Shown here in pieces: positions 39,030-49,983 of a stretch of DNA of 64,000 nt. The stretch lies in NCBI GenBank assembly GCA_963795085.1, contig CAWCFX010000003.1, positions 128,001 to 192,000 of the forward strand. The letters run 5' to 3'. The notes below the pieces were generated by a model. It ran no database searches, was not told the DNA's origin, and was given only the letters and a program-made list of their open reading frames with translations. The position numbers and the translations under genes are program-made. Numbering within the stretch: the stretch's first letter is position 1; every line of letters starts with the position of its first letter. This DNA comes from an uncultured Gemmatimonadales bacterium. Lineage in GTDB: Bacteria; Gemmatimonadota; Gemmatimonadetes; Gemmatimonadales; GWC2-71-9.

Positions 39030-40559
39030 GTGCCACGCGCACTATTGTCGGTAAGCGATAAGCGGGGAATCGTCGGGTTTGCCCGCGGCCTGGTGGACCT
39101 GGGCTGGGAAATCATTTCGACCGGGGGCACCAGCGCGGCGCTCAAGGCGGCCGGAGTTCCGGTCACGCCGGTGGACCAGGTGACCGGCTTCCCCGAGATC
39201 CTCGACGGGCGGGTGAAGACGCTGCATCCCGCCATCCACGCGGGGCTGCTCGCCCGGCGTGACCTGCCCGAGCACCAGGCGGCCCTTGCCGCCCACCAGA
39301 TCACACCGATCGGCCTGGTGGCCGTTAACCTGTACCCGTTCCAGGCCACCATCGCCAAGCCGGACGTCTCCTTTGAGGACGCGATCGAGAACATCGACAT
39401 CGGCGGGCCGTCCATGCTGCGCTCGGCGGCCAAGAACCACCCTGACGTCATCGTGATCGTGGACCCCGCCGACTACGCGCCCATCCTGGACGCCCTCCGG
39501 GCCGGCACGGTCGCCGGCCCGGTGCGCCGGCAGTTGGCCGCCAAGGTGTTCTCCCATACGGCCGACTACGACGCCGCGATCACCGGGTTCCTGACCCCCA
39601 GGGAAGACGGCCTGCCCACCCATCTCGGGGTCTCGCTCAAACGGGCCCAGGTCCTGCGCTACGGGGAGAACCCGGGACAGCGGGCGGCGCTTTATGTCAC
39701 CGAGGAGCCGCGGGGCATCAACGACCTCAAGCAGCGGCACGGCAAGGAGCTGTCCTTCAACAACCTGCTCGACCTCGATGCCGCCATGAGCGCGGTGTCC
39801 CTGTTCCTGAACACCCCGGCCTGCGTCATCGTCAAGCACACCACCCCCTGCGGCATCGCGATCGGGGCCTCGGCCACCGAGGCGTTCTCGCGGGCGCTGG
39901 CCACCGACCCGCAGTCGGCCTTCGGGGGCGTCATCGCCATCAACACGGTGGTGGACCGGGCCACCGCGCTGGCCATGAAGGACTTGTTCATCGAGGTGGT
40001 GGTGGCGCCCTCCTTCCACGACGATGCCCTCGAGGCCTTCCAGGCCCGGAAGAATATTCGCATCGTGGAACTGCCGGTGCGGCAGGGGCGCGATGGCCTC
40101 GACTTCAAGAGCGTGCGCGGCGGTTTCCTGGTCCAGGACCGGTTCAGCTTCGACCGCGAGAACACCGGGTGGCAGGTCCCCACGGCGCGCCAGCCAACCA
40201 CCGACGAGATGCGCGACCTGCTCTTTGCATGGTGCGCGGTCAGCTGGGTCAAGTCCAACGCGGTGCTGCTGGCGAAAGCGGAGATGGCGATCGGTATCGG
40301 CGCCGGACAGATGAGCCGGGTGGACAGCTCGTTCGTGGCCGTGCACAAGGCCCGGCAGCAGGGCCATGATCCCCGGGGAAGCGTGATGGCCTCGGACGGG
40401 TTCTTTCCCTTCGCGGACGGCGTGGACGAGGCGGCGGCGGCCGGCGTCACGGCCATCGTGCAGCCGGGTGGCTCGGTGCGGGATGCCGAGGTGATCGCGG
40501 CCGCGGACCGCCACGGCATCGCCATGGTGCTGACCGGCAAGCGGCAATTCAGGCATTGA
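39030..40559 (+). CDS. purH: Bifunctional AICAR transformylase/IMP cyclohydrolase
   Basis: ALLSVSDK, GRVKTLHP, IDIGGP, RYGENP, KHTTPCG, SDGFFPF, QPGGS. Confidence 0.98.
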   Translation: MPRALLSVSDKRGIVGFARGLVDLGWEIISTGGTSAALKAAGVPVTPVDQVTGFPEILDGRVKTLHPAIHAGLLARRDLPEHQAALAAHQITPIGLVAVNLYPFQATIAKPDVSFEDAIENIDIGGPSMLRSAAKNHPDVIVIVDPADYAPILDALRAGTVAGPVRRQLAAKVFSHTADYDAAITGFLTPREDGLPTHLGVSLKRAQVLRYGENPGQRAALYVTEEPRGINDLKQRHGKELSFNNLLDLDAAMSAVSLFLNTPACVIVKHTTPCGIAIGASATEAFSRALATDPQSAFGGVIAINTVVDRATALAMKDLFIEVVVAPSFHDDALEAFQARKNIRIVELPVRQGRDGLDFKSVRGGFLVQDRFSFDRENTGWQVPTARQPTTDEMRDLLFAWCAVSWVKSNAVLLAKAEMAIGIGAGQMSRVDSSFVAVHKARQQGHDPRGSVMASDGFFPFADGVDEAAAAGVTAIVQPGGSVRDAEVIAAADRHGIAMVLTGKRQFRH

Positions 40560-40563
40560 TCTC

Positions 40564-42837
40564 ATGACCAATCTCGATATCCGCGGCCGTCCACCCTACG
40601 CCTGGGCGGCCCTCATGATGGTGCTGGTCCTGGCCATCTACATCGCGACCCTGGCGCCCACCACCGCGTTCTGGGACACCTCGGAGTACATCGCCTCGGC
40701 GTACGTGCTGGGTATTCCGCACCCCCCCGGCAACCCGCTCTTCAACGTGCTGGCGCACGTCTTCGGCGCCCTCCCGCTCGCCGCCTCGTACGCGGTCCGC
40801 ATCAACCTGTTCGCCGCCGTCACCAGTGCGTGCTCCGCCGGCCTGCTCTTCCTGGTAGCCGAGCGGTGGCTCCGCACCATCGTGGCGCCGCGGTGGGCCC
40901 GGCTGCTGGCCGCCGGCGCCGGCACCCTGGCCGGGGCCACCGCCTGGACGGTCTGGAACCAGTCCACCGTCAACGAGAAAGTGTACACCCTCTCGCTGCT
41001 GTCGGTCTCGCTCAGCCTCTGGCTGATCGTGCGCTGGGGCGACCTGGCCAGCGGGCCCCGCCGGGACCGGGTACTGGTGCTCATCGCGTACGTGATCGCG
41101 CTCAGCTCGACCAACCACATGATGGGTGTGCTGGTGGCACCCACTATCGCCGTGTACGTACTCTGGACCGACTGGCGGGAGGCCATCCGGCCATGGGTGC
41201 TGATCATGGGCTGGGCCCTGCTGCTCGGCGTGAGCGGCGCCTGGACCCGGATCGGGGCCTCCGGCACCGGCGCGGCCATCCTGGCGGTCACCGCCGCGTT
41301 GCTGCTCTACACGTTCTTCCGGGACCGGGAGGATTTTTTCCGGACGCCGCTCTACCTGGCGCTGGCCGCCGTCGCCATCGGGGTGAGCCTCAACTACTTC
41401 TTCCTGATGATCCGGGCCGGGCACTTCCCCGCCATCAACGAGGGAGAACCGACCACCTGGCAGGCCTTGCTTGACGTGCTGGAGCGGCGCCAATACGGGA
41501 AGCCCTCGGTGCTGGAGCGGCAGGCCGACATCACCTCCCAGCTGCAGAACTACTGGCAATACTTCAGTTGGCAGTTCGCGGGCGACTGCACCCGGGGCTT
41601 CAACCAGGGCTGCGCCTTCTTCGGACGGCTGGCAACCGGCCTCTTCCTGGCTCTCGGGCTGGGCGGCCTGGTCGCGCTCTGGCGGCGCGACCAGGAGGCG
41701 GCCGCCGGCGCTACCGTCATGATGGCCACGTTCACCCTCGTGCTGGTGTACTACCTGAACTTCAAGTACGGCTATTCGATCCACCCCGGGCAGACCTTGT
41801 CCCGGGAGGTCCGCGAGCGGGATTACTTCTTCGTGGCCTCGTTCCAGGCCTGGGGTCTGCTTGTGGCCCTGGGCCTGGGCGGGTTCATGAACTTCGTCGT
41901 CTCCTTCTTCCGCGACCGGGGCACCCCGACCGGACGCTGGGCCGCGGCGACCCCGGTGCTGGCCCTGGCGCTGATCCCGCTGCTCTTCAACCGGGTCACC
42001 GCCTCCCGCGCACACGAAACGCTCCCCCGTGACGTCGCCGTGGACATGCTGCAGTCCGTGGAACCCTACGGTATCCTGATCACCGCCGGCGACAACGACA
42101 CCTTTCCGCTCTGGTACGCCCAGGAGGTCGAGGGGATCCGGACTGATGTCACCCTCGCCAACCTTTCGCTGATGAATACCGAGTGGCACTTGCGCCAGCT
42201 GCGGCGGCGGCCGACTCCGGAGTTCCAGCCCGAGAAGGCCGCCAGGATCTGGCAGGGACGCGAATGGCCCCGGCCCGACAACCCGGTCTTCACCCTCACT
42301 GAGGAGGAACTGGAGGCGATCCCGCTCTACAGCCGGACACCCCGCTCCGGGGGCTCCCGGTTCGGGGACGTGGTCATCACTTTCGGCGATGACTACCTTG
42401 AAAAGTCCGACGTGGCCACGGCCCTCCTGATCCGGGACAACCTGGGCAAGCGCCCCATCTACTTCAGCTGGAGCGATGGGCCCTATCCCGACGAAAAACT
42501 TGGCCTCAGCCCCTACCTGGTCACCCAGGGGCTGGTGCGCCGCCTCCACCCCTCGGCGGTCGTCCCCAACGACTCGATAGTGATGAGCCGCGGATTCGGG
42601 TACCTGGACTATCCCCGGTCCCACGAATTGCTCTGGAACGAATACCGGTACGGCGCGGCGTCCCGCCGGCGGCCCCGGGGCTGGGTGGACCCGCCGTCGT
42701 CCCCAATGCTGCGGCTGTACCGGCTGCTCTATACTGTGATGGGGGATACCTACCAGGTCCAGGGCGATACGGCGGCCGCGGTGCGGGCCGACTCCGTCGC
42801 CCGGGCCATCGACCAGAACCTGCGGGCGGAAGACTAG
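40564..42837 (+). CDS. DUF2723 / TMEM260-like polytopic glycosyltransferase (GT-C fold)
   Basis: APTTAFWDTSEYIA...LGIPHPPGNPL, REVRERDYFF, GDNDTFPLWYAQEVEGIR; many TM segments. Confidence 0.85.
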   Translation: MTNLDIRGRPPYAWAALMMVLVLAIYIATLAPTTAFWDTSEYIASAYVLGIPHPPGNPLFNVLAHVFGALPLAASYAVRINLFAAVTSACSAGLLFLVAERWLRTIVAPRWARLLAAGAGTLAGATAWTVWNQSTVNEKVYTLSLLSVSLSLWLIVRWGDLASGPRRDRVLVLIAYVIALSSTNHMMGVLVAPTIAVYVLWTDWREAIRPWVLIMGWALLLGVSGAWTRIGASGTGAAILAVTAALLLYTFFRDREDFFRTPLYLALAAVAIGVSLNYFFLMIRAGHFPAINEGEPTTWQALLDVLERRQYGKPSVLERQADITSQLQNYWQYFSWQFAGDCTRGFNQGCAFFGRLATGLFLALGLGGLVALWRRDQEAAAGATVMMATFTLVLVYYLNFKYGYSIHPGQTLSREVRERDYFFVASFQAWGLLVALGLGGFMNFVVSFFRDRGTPTGRWAAATPVLALALIPLLFNRVTASRAHETLPRDVAVDMLQSVEPYGILITAGDNDTFPLWYAQEVEGIRTDVTLANLSLMNTEWHLRQLRRRPTPEFQPEKAARIWQGREWPRPDNPVFTLTEEELEAIPLYSRTPRSGGSRFGDVVITFGDDYLEKSDVATALLIRDNLGKRPIYFSWSDGPYPDEKLGLSPYLVTQGLVRRLHPSAVVPNDSIVMSRGFGYLDYPRSHELLWNEYRYGAASRRRPRGWVDPPSSPMLRLYRLLYTVMGDTYQVQGDTAAAVRADSVARAIDQNLRAED

Positions 42838-45662
42838 GGGGTTTCGGCGGGGCGGGCCTGGAGGCCGGCCTGGTCCAGCGCCTGCCGCACCAGGGCCAGC
42901 ATGGTGTCCACCTTGAAGGGTTTCTGGAGAAACCGGCCCGGGGCGATGATATCCTGGCCCTGGTCCTGCGCGACCATCTCGAAGGGGTGGCCGGAGACGA
43001 AAATCACCGGCAGGTCGGCTCGGATCGCGTGGAGGCGGTTTGCCAGCTCCACGCCGCTCATCACCGGCATGGCGATGTCGGTCAGCACCAGGTCCACCGG
43101 CTCCTGCTCTACGATGGCGATGGCTTCCTGTCCCCCCGCCGCTTCGATCACCCGGTAGTTCCCCAATTCCAGGCCGCGGCTGAGCAGGCGGCGGACCTGC
43201 TCTTCGTCGTCCACCACCAGGATGGTCTCGCTCCCGGTCCGGGATACCATCGCCGGCGGGGCGGGCATTTCGGCCGTGGGCTCGTACGTCAGCGGCAGGC
43301 CGATGGAAACCACCGTGCCGTACCCGGGTTTGCTCTCCACCCAGAGGTCTCCACCGCTCTGGGAAACGATGCCCTCGACGACCGACAGGCCGAGGCCGGT
43401 TCCCTGCCCCAGTGGCTTGGTGCTGAAGAAGGGCTCGAAGATGCGGCTCAGCGTCGCTCCGTCGATACCCTCACCGGTATCCGCGACCGACAGCAGGGCC
43501 ACCCCGGGTTCCCCCCACACCGTGCCGAACCGGCCGCCGGCCGGGCCGGTCTCTGCCCGGCGGGTGGAAATGGTCAACTCCCCGGTGCCCCGAACGGCAT
43601 CGCGCCCATTCAGCGCGAGATTGACCAGGATCTGGATCAGCTGGGTCCGGTCCGCCATCACCCATTTGGGGCCGGGCTCGAACAGAACGCTCAGCCGGAT
43701 CTCGGGGCCCAGGGTGCGCTTGAGGACCGATTCCGCTTCCATCACCACGGTATCCAGGTCGAGCACCCTGGTTTCCAGCACCTGGCGCCGGCTCAGCGCC
43801 AGCAGTTGGCGGGTCAACCCGGAAACCCGCTCGGCGGCCGCCCCCATGTGGGCCAGGTCGTTCCGCTGGTTCTCCGTCAGGTTGCCGCTGCGGAGCAGGA
43901 ACTCCACGAAACTCGAAATCACCATCATCTGGTTATTGGTTTCGTGCGCCATGCCGCCGGCCAGCCGACCGACCGTTTCCATCCGCTGGGCGCGCTGCAG
44001 CTGTTCCTCGGCCTCGCGCCGGTCGTGCACGTCAATCGTGGTCCCGATCCACTCCAGCACTTCCCCACTCTCATCGAGCAGCGGGACGCCCACGGTATGC
44101 ATCCGGCGGTAGGCACCGTCCCGGCGGCGGAGGCGAAATTCGACGTCGACCATCCGTTTCAGGGCCTGGGCCTGACCCCAGACCCGCTGGACCCGCGGGA
44201 TATCCAGCGGGTGCATCCGGGAGAACCAGCCCAACGGGTCGGCCTTCAGTTCCTCGAAGGATTGGCCGGTTACTTGTTCCCAGCCCGCGGTCTCGTCGAT
44301 GGCCCGCCCGTCGGGGGCGACCCGCCAGACCATGGCGCCGGTCGCCGTGACCAGGGTGCGGAAACGGCCTTCGCTTTCCCGGAGCGCGAGTTCAGCCGCC
44401 TCCCGGTCGCGCAACTCCACCTGCGCTTCCCGGTAGAGCCGGGCGTTGCTGATGGCGAGCCCGACATGCACCGCGAGCGCCTCGGCGTTCTGGACATCGA
44501 CCTCGGTGTACTCGCGGCCCGACTGGGCCGAGGCCAGCGTGATCACCCCGAGCAGCTCGTGACGAACCATGAGCGGAATCGCCATGAGCGACTTGAGACC
44601 CATGGAACGAAGCAGGTCAAGGTGGCGGGAATCGCGCGCGCGGGATTGCAACCAGGCGTCGGTCACCCGCGGTACCAGTTCAGGGCGCCGGGTGCGCAGG
44701 GCCGCCTGAATGACATGCGGGCCGGTGCCGGTGGGCAGGTACCGGCTGCGCAACTCGGCAATGAATTGCTCCCGGTTCGGGCTGGCGGCCCGCACCGCCA
44801 CCTTCCGGAATGAACCGTCGCTCTCCAGCAGATCTACGAAGCACCAGTCGGCCAGGTGCGGCACGGCCAGCTCCGCCACCTGGTTGAGAGTTTCGTCATA
44901 GTCGAGCGTCTGCGCCAGCAGCCGGCTGGCTTCGGCAATAAAGCGGGCGCTGGCCTCGGCATGGCGCAGCGGACTCACGTCCCTGAGGTGGGCGGCGAGC
45001 CCGGTACCGGTAGGATAGGCCGTGAGTTCGAGCCACCGGCCGTTCACCGGGCTGGCGGAATCGATTCGCACAACCTGCTCTCCCCCGAACGCGGCTCGAA
45101 GCGCCCGGTCCAGATCAGTTCCGGGGAGGCCGGGATACAGGGCCCACAATTCCTGGCCCTCCAACGCCTGGGGCCGGCGGCCGAGGGCCGCCGCGGCGTG
45201 GGCGTTGATGAAGGTGACCCGCCACTCGGGATCCACCACCACGAAATCGTCAGCCATGCCGGCCAGCAGGTCGCGGAGCCGACGTTCGACGGCCTCGGCG
45301 CGGGCCCGGGTTCGGTGCAACGAGCCGCTCAACATCACGCAGGACATGGCCACCACGCCGAAAGTCACGCCGCTGATCAGGCCGAACCGGGTGAGGGCGA
45401 TCGTGTAGACAGGGGGGATGAAGAGGAACTCGGCCGCCACGACACTGAGCACCACGGCGAGAATGCCGGGGCCGACACCTCCGTACCAGGCGGCGCAAAC
45501 CACGGCCCCGAAAAAAGTGACGTATGGAAGGTAGGTACCCAGTAACGGGAGGAGGGACCACCGGATTCCCGCCGCGACGAGCACGGCGGCCACCGCCACG
45601 GCATAGGCCGAGGTGGCAGAGAGCCGGTGGGGCGCGTCAGCCCCGGGCGATCGTTCGGTCAC
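42834..45662 (-). CDS. Membrane hybrid sensor kinase (DUF4118-like TM, PAS, GAF, PAS, HisKA, HATPase, REC)
   Basis: AWYGGVGPG TM motif, VPHLADWC GAF, GRLAGGMAHETNN, FEPFFSTK..GTGLGL, LVVDDE...TDIAMP. Confidence 0.92.
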   Translation of the reverse strand: MTERSPGADAPHRLSATSAYAVAVAAVLVAAGIRWSLLPLLGTYLPYVTFFGAVVCAAWYGGVGPGILAVVLSVVAAEFLFIPPVYTIALTRFGLISGVTFGVVAMSCVMLSGSLHRTRARAEAVERRLRDLLAGMADDFVVVDPEWRVTFINAHAAAALGRRPQALEGQELWALYPGLPGTDLDRALRAAFGGEQVVRIDSASPVNGRWLELTAYPTGTGLAAHLRDVSPLRHAEASARFIAEASRLLAQTLDYDETLNQVAELAVPHLADWCFVDLLESDGSFRKVAVRAASPNREQFIAELRSRYLPTGTGPHVIQAALRTRRPELVPRVTDAWLQSRARDSRHLDLLRSMGLKSLMAIPLMVRHELLGVITLASAQSGREYTEVDVQNAEALAVHVGLAISNARLYREAQVELRDREAAELALRESEGRFRTLVTATGAMVWRVAPDGRAIDETAGWEQVTGQSFEELKADPLGWFSRMHPLDIPRVQRVWGQAQALKRMVDVEFRLRRRDGAYRRMHTVGVPLLDESGEVLEWIGTTIDVHDRREAEEQLQRAQRMETVGRLAGGMAHETNNQMMVISSFVEFLLRSGNLTENQRNDLAHMGAAAERVSGLTRQLLALSRRQVLETRVLDLDTVVMEAESVLKRTLGPEIRLSVLFEPGPKWVMADRTQLIQILVNLALNGRDAVRGTGELTISTRRAETGPAGGRFGTVWGEPGVALLSVADTGEGIDGATLSRIFEPFFSTKPLGQGTGLGLSVVEGIVSQSGGDLWVESKPGYGTVVSIGLPLTYEPTAEMPAPPAMVSRTGSETILVVDDEEQVRRLLSRGLELGNYRVIEAAGGQEAIAIVEQEPVDLVLTDIAMPVMSGVELANRLHAIRADLPVIFVSGHPFEMVAQDQGQDIIAPGRFLQKPFKVDTMLALVRQALDQAGLQARPAETP

Positions 45663-45692
45663 GCCACCGGACTCCCATAGTTGATGCCGGGA

Positions 45693-46133
45693 TCACCCGC
45701 GGCGCTTGGCGCCACGGGCGCCGCCGGCACCACCAGCACCACCGGCACCACCGGCACCACCGCCGCCGCGGCCCCGGCGGCCGCCGGCTCCGCCACCCGC
45801 AGCTCCGCCGGCACGGCCGGTGATTCGCCAGAGAAACGCCGCCCGCCCATCATAATTGCGGGTCATCAGGACCCCGTAGGACGTGCCGTCGAGATTCAGG
45901 CGCGCTTCGGTTTCGCCGCTGGCACAGGTCTGAAACGCCTGGCCGATGCACACGCTGAATGGCTTGGCTGCTGGAGTGGTCCGGGCCCGGAAGAGCGCGC
46001 TGTCCAGTGCGGTCATGGCCGTAAGGGTGTCACTGGGGTCCTCCCCTCCCACCTGGGGCATGGCTCCCCGCTGCGCCTGAGCGGCCTGGCCGAGGGCGGC
46101 CACGAGAACCAGGCCCGCCAGGACCCGTCTCAC
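45693..46133 (-). CDS. Secreted hypothetical protein with Gly/Arg-rich tail
   Basis: GTG start with signal peptide RRVLAGLVLVAALGQAAQA; one Cys pair; GAG repeats at the C-terminus. Confidence 0.6.
   Translation of the reverse strand: MRRVLAGLVLVAALGQAAQAQRGAMPQVGGEDPSDTLTAMTALDSALFRARTTPAAKPFSVCIGQAFQTCASGETEARLNLDGTSYGVLMTRNYDGRAAFLWRITGRAGGAAGGGAGGRRGRGGGGAGGAGGAGGAGGARGAKRRG
45727..45762. repeat. Four copies of a 9-bp tandem repeat
   Basis: GCACCACCA then GCACCACCG three times; encodes GAG repeats on the minus strand. Confidence 0.8.
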
Positions 46134-46453
46134 GGGATCAAACCCTCCCTGCGAATGTCGCACCGGTGCCACAGTGTTCCTCTCGGCCAAGTGACATTTG
46201 ACCCTTCGGTATAAGCTATCGCCGGAAGCCCGGCAAGCCAATTGGATCTGAAAAAACGACAGTGCCCAGATAGTTCTCAGGTCCCGCTGGAGCGCTCTTT
46301 GCGGAGAATTCCATCGCCGATTCGGCGATCTGGTGACCAGCGAGTGGAAGCTGCACCGCCAGCGGGAGTTAGAGAATGCGGTGACGCTTCTTGCACTTCC
46401 CCCACCCCACAGGCGGTCTGGCAATTCGCCAGCGCCCGTTCCCGGAGGTCTGA

Positions 46454-46684
46454 ATGCCATATACCCGCGCTCGGGTCAAGCCGATGGATTCCCTGCATTA
46501 TCCCGGCCTGAGTATCACCCGCTGGTACCCGGTTGCGCCGTTGTGGCCCGGCGTTACCCAGCGCATGATCAACCTGCTGGGCGAGCGGCTGGCTCGCCTG
46601 GAAACCCCGACTGGCCCGATCCAGGTCAAGGCCTCGCACTTCGACTTCCAGTACGAGGAGGATACCGCGCCGGAACACCGCTAG
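46454..46684 (+). CDS. Small hypothetical protein
   Basis: RBS GGAGGT; protein-like composition; stop overlaps the convergent RND stop. Confidence 0.6.
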   Translation: MPYTRARVKPMDSLHYPGLSITRWYPVAPLWPGVTQRMINLLGERLARLETPTGPIQVKASHFDFQYEEDTAPEHR

Positions 46685-49600
46685 TCGGCTGCGGGCTCCG
46701 GGTCCGCCAGGGGCGCCGGCTTCGCGGTCCCCGCGATCCGGCGGAATCGCCCCAGCACCGCTTCGCGCCAATCGTCCAGGATTTCATACACGGTGGGGAT
46801 CACCAGCAGGGTCAGCAACGTGGACGTAAGGGTGCCCCCGATGACCGCGATGCCCAGCGGGGCCCGGAACTGGGCCCCTTCCCCGCCCCCCAGGGCGACC
46901 GGAATCATCCCGGCGATCAGCGCGAACGTCGTCATCAGGATTGGCCGAAGCCGGATGGCGCCGGCTTCGATCAGGGCTTCCCGGAGGGGAAGTCCGTCTT
47001 TGTCCCGGGCCCACTTGGCGAAGTCAATCAGCAGGATAGCGTTTTTCGCCACGATCCCCATCAGCAGGATCACCCCGATCAGGCTCATGATGTTGATGGT
47101 CCCGCCGGTCAGCGCCAGCCCCAGCATCACGCCGATCAACGACAGCGGCAGGGACATCAAGATGGCGAGCGGGTCCAGGAAGGACCCGAACTGCATCACC
47201 AGGATGAGGTACATCAGCAGGACGGCCACGCCCAGCGCGACGAAGATGTTGCCAAAGACTTCGCTCTGCTGCTCGGCGTCCCCGCCTTCGGTCACGGTAA
47301 TGCCGCTGCCCAGCTGGTGGCCGGCCAATCGCTGCCGCACATCGGCCATCACCTCGCCGGTGGAGCGGCCCGAGACGTTCCATTCGACGTTGACCACCAG
47401 GTCGCGGTCCAGGTGGTTGATGACCGCGGGACCGATGCTTGGCTCGATCTGCGCGACCTGGCCCAGCGGAATGGTCGCCGGGCCCCCCGCGGTGCTGATC
47501 AGCAGGGGAATCTGGCGGAGGTCCTCCGCCCGCCGGCGGGCTTCCGGCGCCAGCCGCACCACGACGTCGCGGGTATCTCCGCTGGGATCCACCCAGTCGC
47601 CGGCGTCAATCCCGGCAAAGGCGGGCCGCAGCGACTGGGCTACCTGCCCGACCGTAATGCCCAGGGAGCCGGCGAGGCCCCGCCGCATTTCCACGTTCAG
47701 TTCCGGCTTGAGCCCCTTGCTGGAGAGCGAGATATCCACCGCGTTGGGAACCTCGCGGACCACCGCCAGGACCTGCTCCGCCGCCGCGTTAATGGAGGGC
47801 AGGTCGGTGCCCTTAAGCTGCACCGATAGCTGCTTCCGCCCCCCGCCGAAGTCGTTGGTGAACACTGCCAGCGTCACGCCGGCGATCTGCTTTACCTGCT
47901 CCCGGACGGTGGCCGCGAACTCCTCGACGCTGACGTCGCGCTCGTCCTTGGGAAGCAGCTTGACGAAAATGGTCCCGACGTCCACCGCGCCGGAGATGCC
48001 TCCGCCCAGCGTCGTGTACGTGTAGCGTACCTCGGGGTGGGCGCGGACCAGCGCCGCGGCCTCCGCCGCCTTGAGCCGGGTGTACTCCAGGTTGGAACCG
48101 GGCGGCGTTTCGACCTGGATGTTGAATTCGGCCTTGTCATCCTCGGGGAAGAACGCCATTCCCACCTTGCCCCATGTCGGGGCAACGTCAAAGAGCAGGC
48201 CAGCCATGAGAAGTCCGGCGGTAAATCCGGCGAGCCGAAGGGGCCAGGCCCAGGCGCGCGTCACGGCCAGCACCATGACGGTGATCCCCGCCATGACCGC
48301 CAGCAGGCCGGGGATTCCCTTGGCCGGAAGGGTAAAGGCGGCCACAAAGGTCCCCACCGCCAGCACGACGACCGCCAGCCGGTGGTCCAGCGCCCAGGCG
48401 ATCACCCCGCGGTAGCCATGCGCCAGCCGGTTGAACCACGCGTTGAAGCGGTCCAGCGCGCGGGTGATCCAGCGCTTTTTGGCCTCCGGGACGTGGGGGT
48501 CGGCCCAGTAGGCCGAAAGCATCGGGTCCAGGGAGAACGAGACGAAGAGCGAGACCAGGACCGAGCAGGCGATGGTGAGGGCGAACGGCTTGAACCACTG
48601 GCCGCCAACCCCGCTCATGAACGCGATGGGAACGAACACCGCCAGGATCGAAAACGTGGTCGCCGCCACCGCGAGACCGATCTCGTCGGTCCCTTCCCGG
48701 GCGGCGGTGTAATGGTCCTTTCCCATTTCGACGTGGCGCACGATGTTCTCCCTCACCACGATGGCGTCATCGATCAGGATGCCGATCGCCAGCGAGAGTC
48801 CCAGCAGCGACATGGTGTTCAGGGTGAACCCGAAGGCCCAGACCGCGATGAAGGAGGCCAGCACCGACACCGGAAGCGCCAGGCCGGTGATAACGGTCGA
48901 TCGCCAGGAGTTCAGGAAGAAGAACACCACCACCACCGTGAGGAAGGCGCCTTCCAGCAGCGCTTCCTGGACATTATTGACCGAGGCGGTCACCCGGGTG
49001 CCGGCATCGCGCACCACGTCCAGCGTGGCGCCCGCGGGAAGCGTCGCCTGCATCCGGTCCACCCGCTCCAGGATCAGGCTGCTCACGTCGGTGGTGCTGT
49101 AGCCCTTGGACTTCTTGACATCGATCCCCACGGCTTCGCGTCCGTTGAACAGCGCGAGGGTACGTTGCTCCTCGGTGCCGTCCTTCACCTGGGCCACCTG
49201 GCCCAGCCGGATCAGCGATCCGTTCCGCTCCGCGACCACCAGTTGGGCAAACTCTTCCGGCCCCGCCATGCGGCCCTTGAGCCGGATGGACCGCTCGTCG
49301 AACTCGCCGGTGACCCGCCCCACCGGCGTGGCCAGGTTCTGCAACTGCAGCGCCTGGACGACCTGGGCGACGCCCACCCCGGCCGACTGCAGCGCAGCGG
49401 GGTTCAACTCGACCGTCAGTTCCCGCTCCAGATTGCCCGAGATGGACACTTCGGCGACGCCCGGAATCGAGCGAAGCTCCCGGGTGATGCGCGGATCGGC
49501 CAGCCGGGTCAGCTCGGCCGGGTTGTGCCGGGTGGACGACAGGGCCAGCGAGACGATCGGCCGGTCGGTATCGTTGAACTTCTTGATGATCGGCTCTTCC

Positions 49601-49968
49601 ATCTCCTCCGGAAGGTCGGACCGGATGGTAGAGATGGCGTCCCGGATGTCCTGGGTCGCCTCCCCCAGGGGCTTGTCGAACTGGAACTCCACCACGATGG
49701 AGCCGAAGGCATCCTCCGCCTTCCCCATGATCTTCTTGACCCCGCTGATCGAGGCGATGGCCTCCTCGACCGGGTCCAGCACTTCCTTCTCCACCCCGTC
49801 CGGGGAAGCCCCCGGGTAGAGGATGCCCACCGTCACGAACGGCGGGGCGACATCGGGAAACTCGTCGGTGGACAGCCGCAGCAGCGCCACCGTCCCGAAC
49901 ACCACCAGGGCGAGCATGGATACCACGGTGATCACGGGCCGCTTGATGGCGAAATCTGATATCAGCAT
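46681..49968 (-). CDS. RND efflux permease (AcrB/MdtB-like)
   Basis: [39 protein letters not shown]. Confidence 0.96.
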   Translation of the reverse strand: MLISDFAIKRPVITVVSMLALVVFGTVALLRLSTDEFPDVAPPFVTVGILYPGASPDGVEKEVLDPVEEAIASISGVKKIMGKAEDAFGSIVVEFQFDKPLGEATQDIRDAISTIRSDLPEEMEEPIIKKFNDTDRPIVSLALSSTRHNPAELTRLADPRITRELRSIPGVAEVSISGNLERELTVELNPAALQSAGVGVAQVVQALQLQNLATPVGRVTGEFDERSIRLKGRMAGPEEFAQLVVAERNGSLIRLGQVAQVKDGTEEQRTLALFNGREAVGIDVKKSKGYSTTDVSSLILERVDRMQATLPAGATLDVVRDAGTRVTASVNNVQEALLEGAFLTVVVVFFFLNSWRSTVITGLALPVSVLASFIAVWAFGFTLNTMSLLGLSLAIGILIDDAIVVRENIVRHVEMGKDHYTAAREGTDEIGLAVAATTFSILAVFVPIAFMSGVGGQWFKPFALTIACSVLVSLFVSFSLDPMLSAYWADPHVPEAKKRWITRALDRFNAWFNRLAHGYRGVIAWALDHRLAVVVLAVGTFVAAFTLPAKGIPGLLAVMAGITVMVLAVTRAWAWPLRLAGFTAGLLMAGLLFDVAPTWGKVGMAFFPEDDKAEFNIQVETPPGSNLEYTRLKAAEAAALVRAHPEVRYTYTTLGGGISGAVDVGTIFVKLLPKDERDVSVEEFAATVREQVKQIAGVTLAVFTNDFGGGRKQLSVQLKGTDLPSINAAAEQVLAVVREVPNAVDISLSSKGLKPELNVEMRRGLAGSLGITVGQVAQSLRPAFAGIDAGDWVDPSGDTRDVVVRLAPEARRRAEDLRQIPLLISTAGGPATIPLGQVAQIEPSIGPAVINHLDRDLVVNVEWNVSGRSTGEVMADVRQRLAGHQLGSGITVTEGGDAEQQSEVFGNIFVALGVAVLLMYLILVMQFGSFLDPLAILMSLPLSLIGVMLGLALTGGTINIMSLIGVILLMGIVAKNAILLIDFAKWARDKDGLPLREALIEAGAIRLRPILMTTFALIAGMIPVALGGGEGAQFRAPLGIAVIGGTLTSTLLTLLVIPTVYEILDDWREAVLGRFRRIAGTAKPAPLADPEPAAD

Positions 49969-49983
49969 GACAATAGTTCCCGG

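Noticed and set aside
45662..45695. TGA of the Gly-rich gene is in frame with the downstream kinase start (similarly 22001 and 21985)
   Set aside because: A one-in-three chance event; the downstream genes look complete and no readthrough signal is evident.
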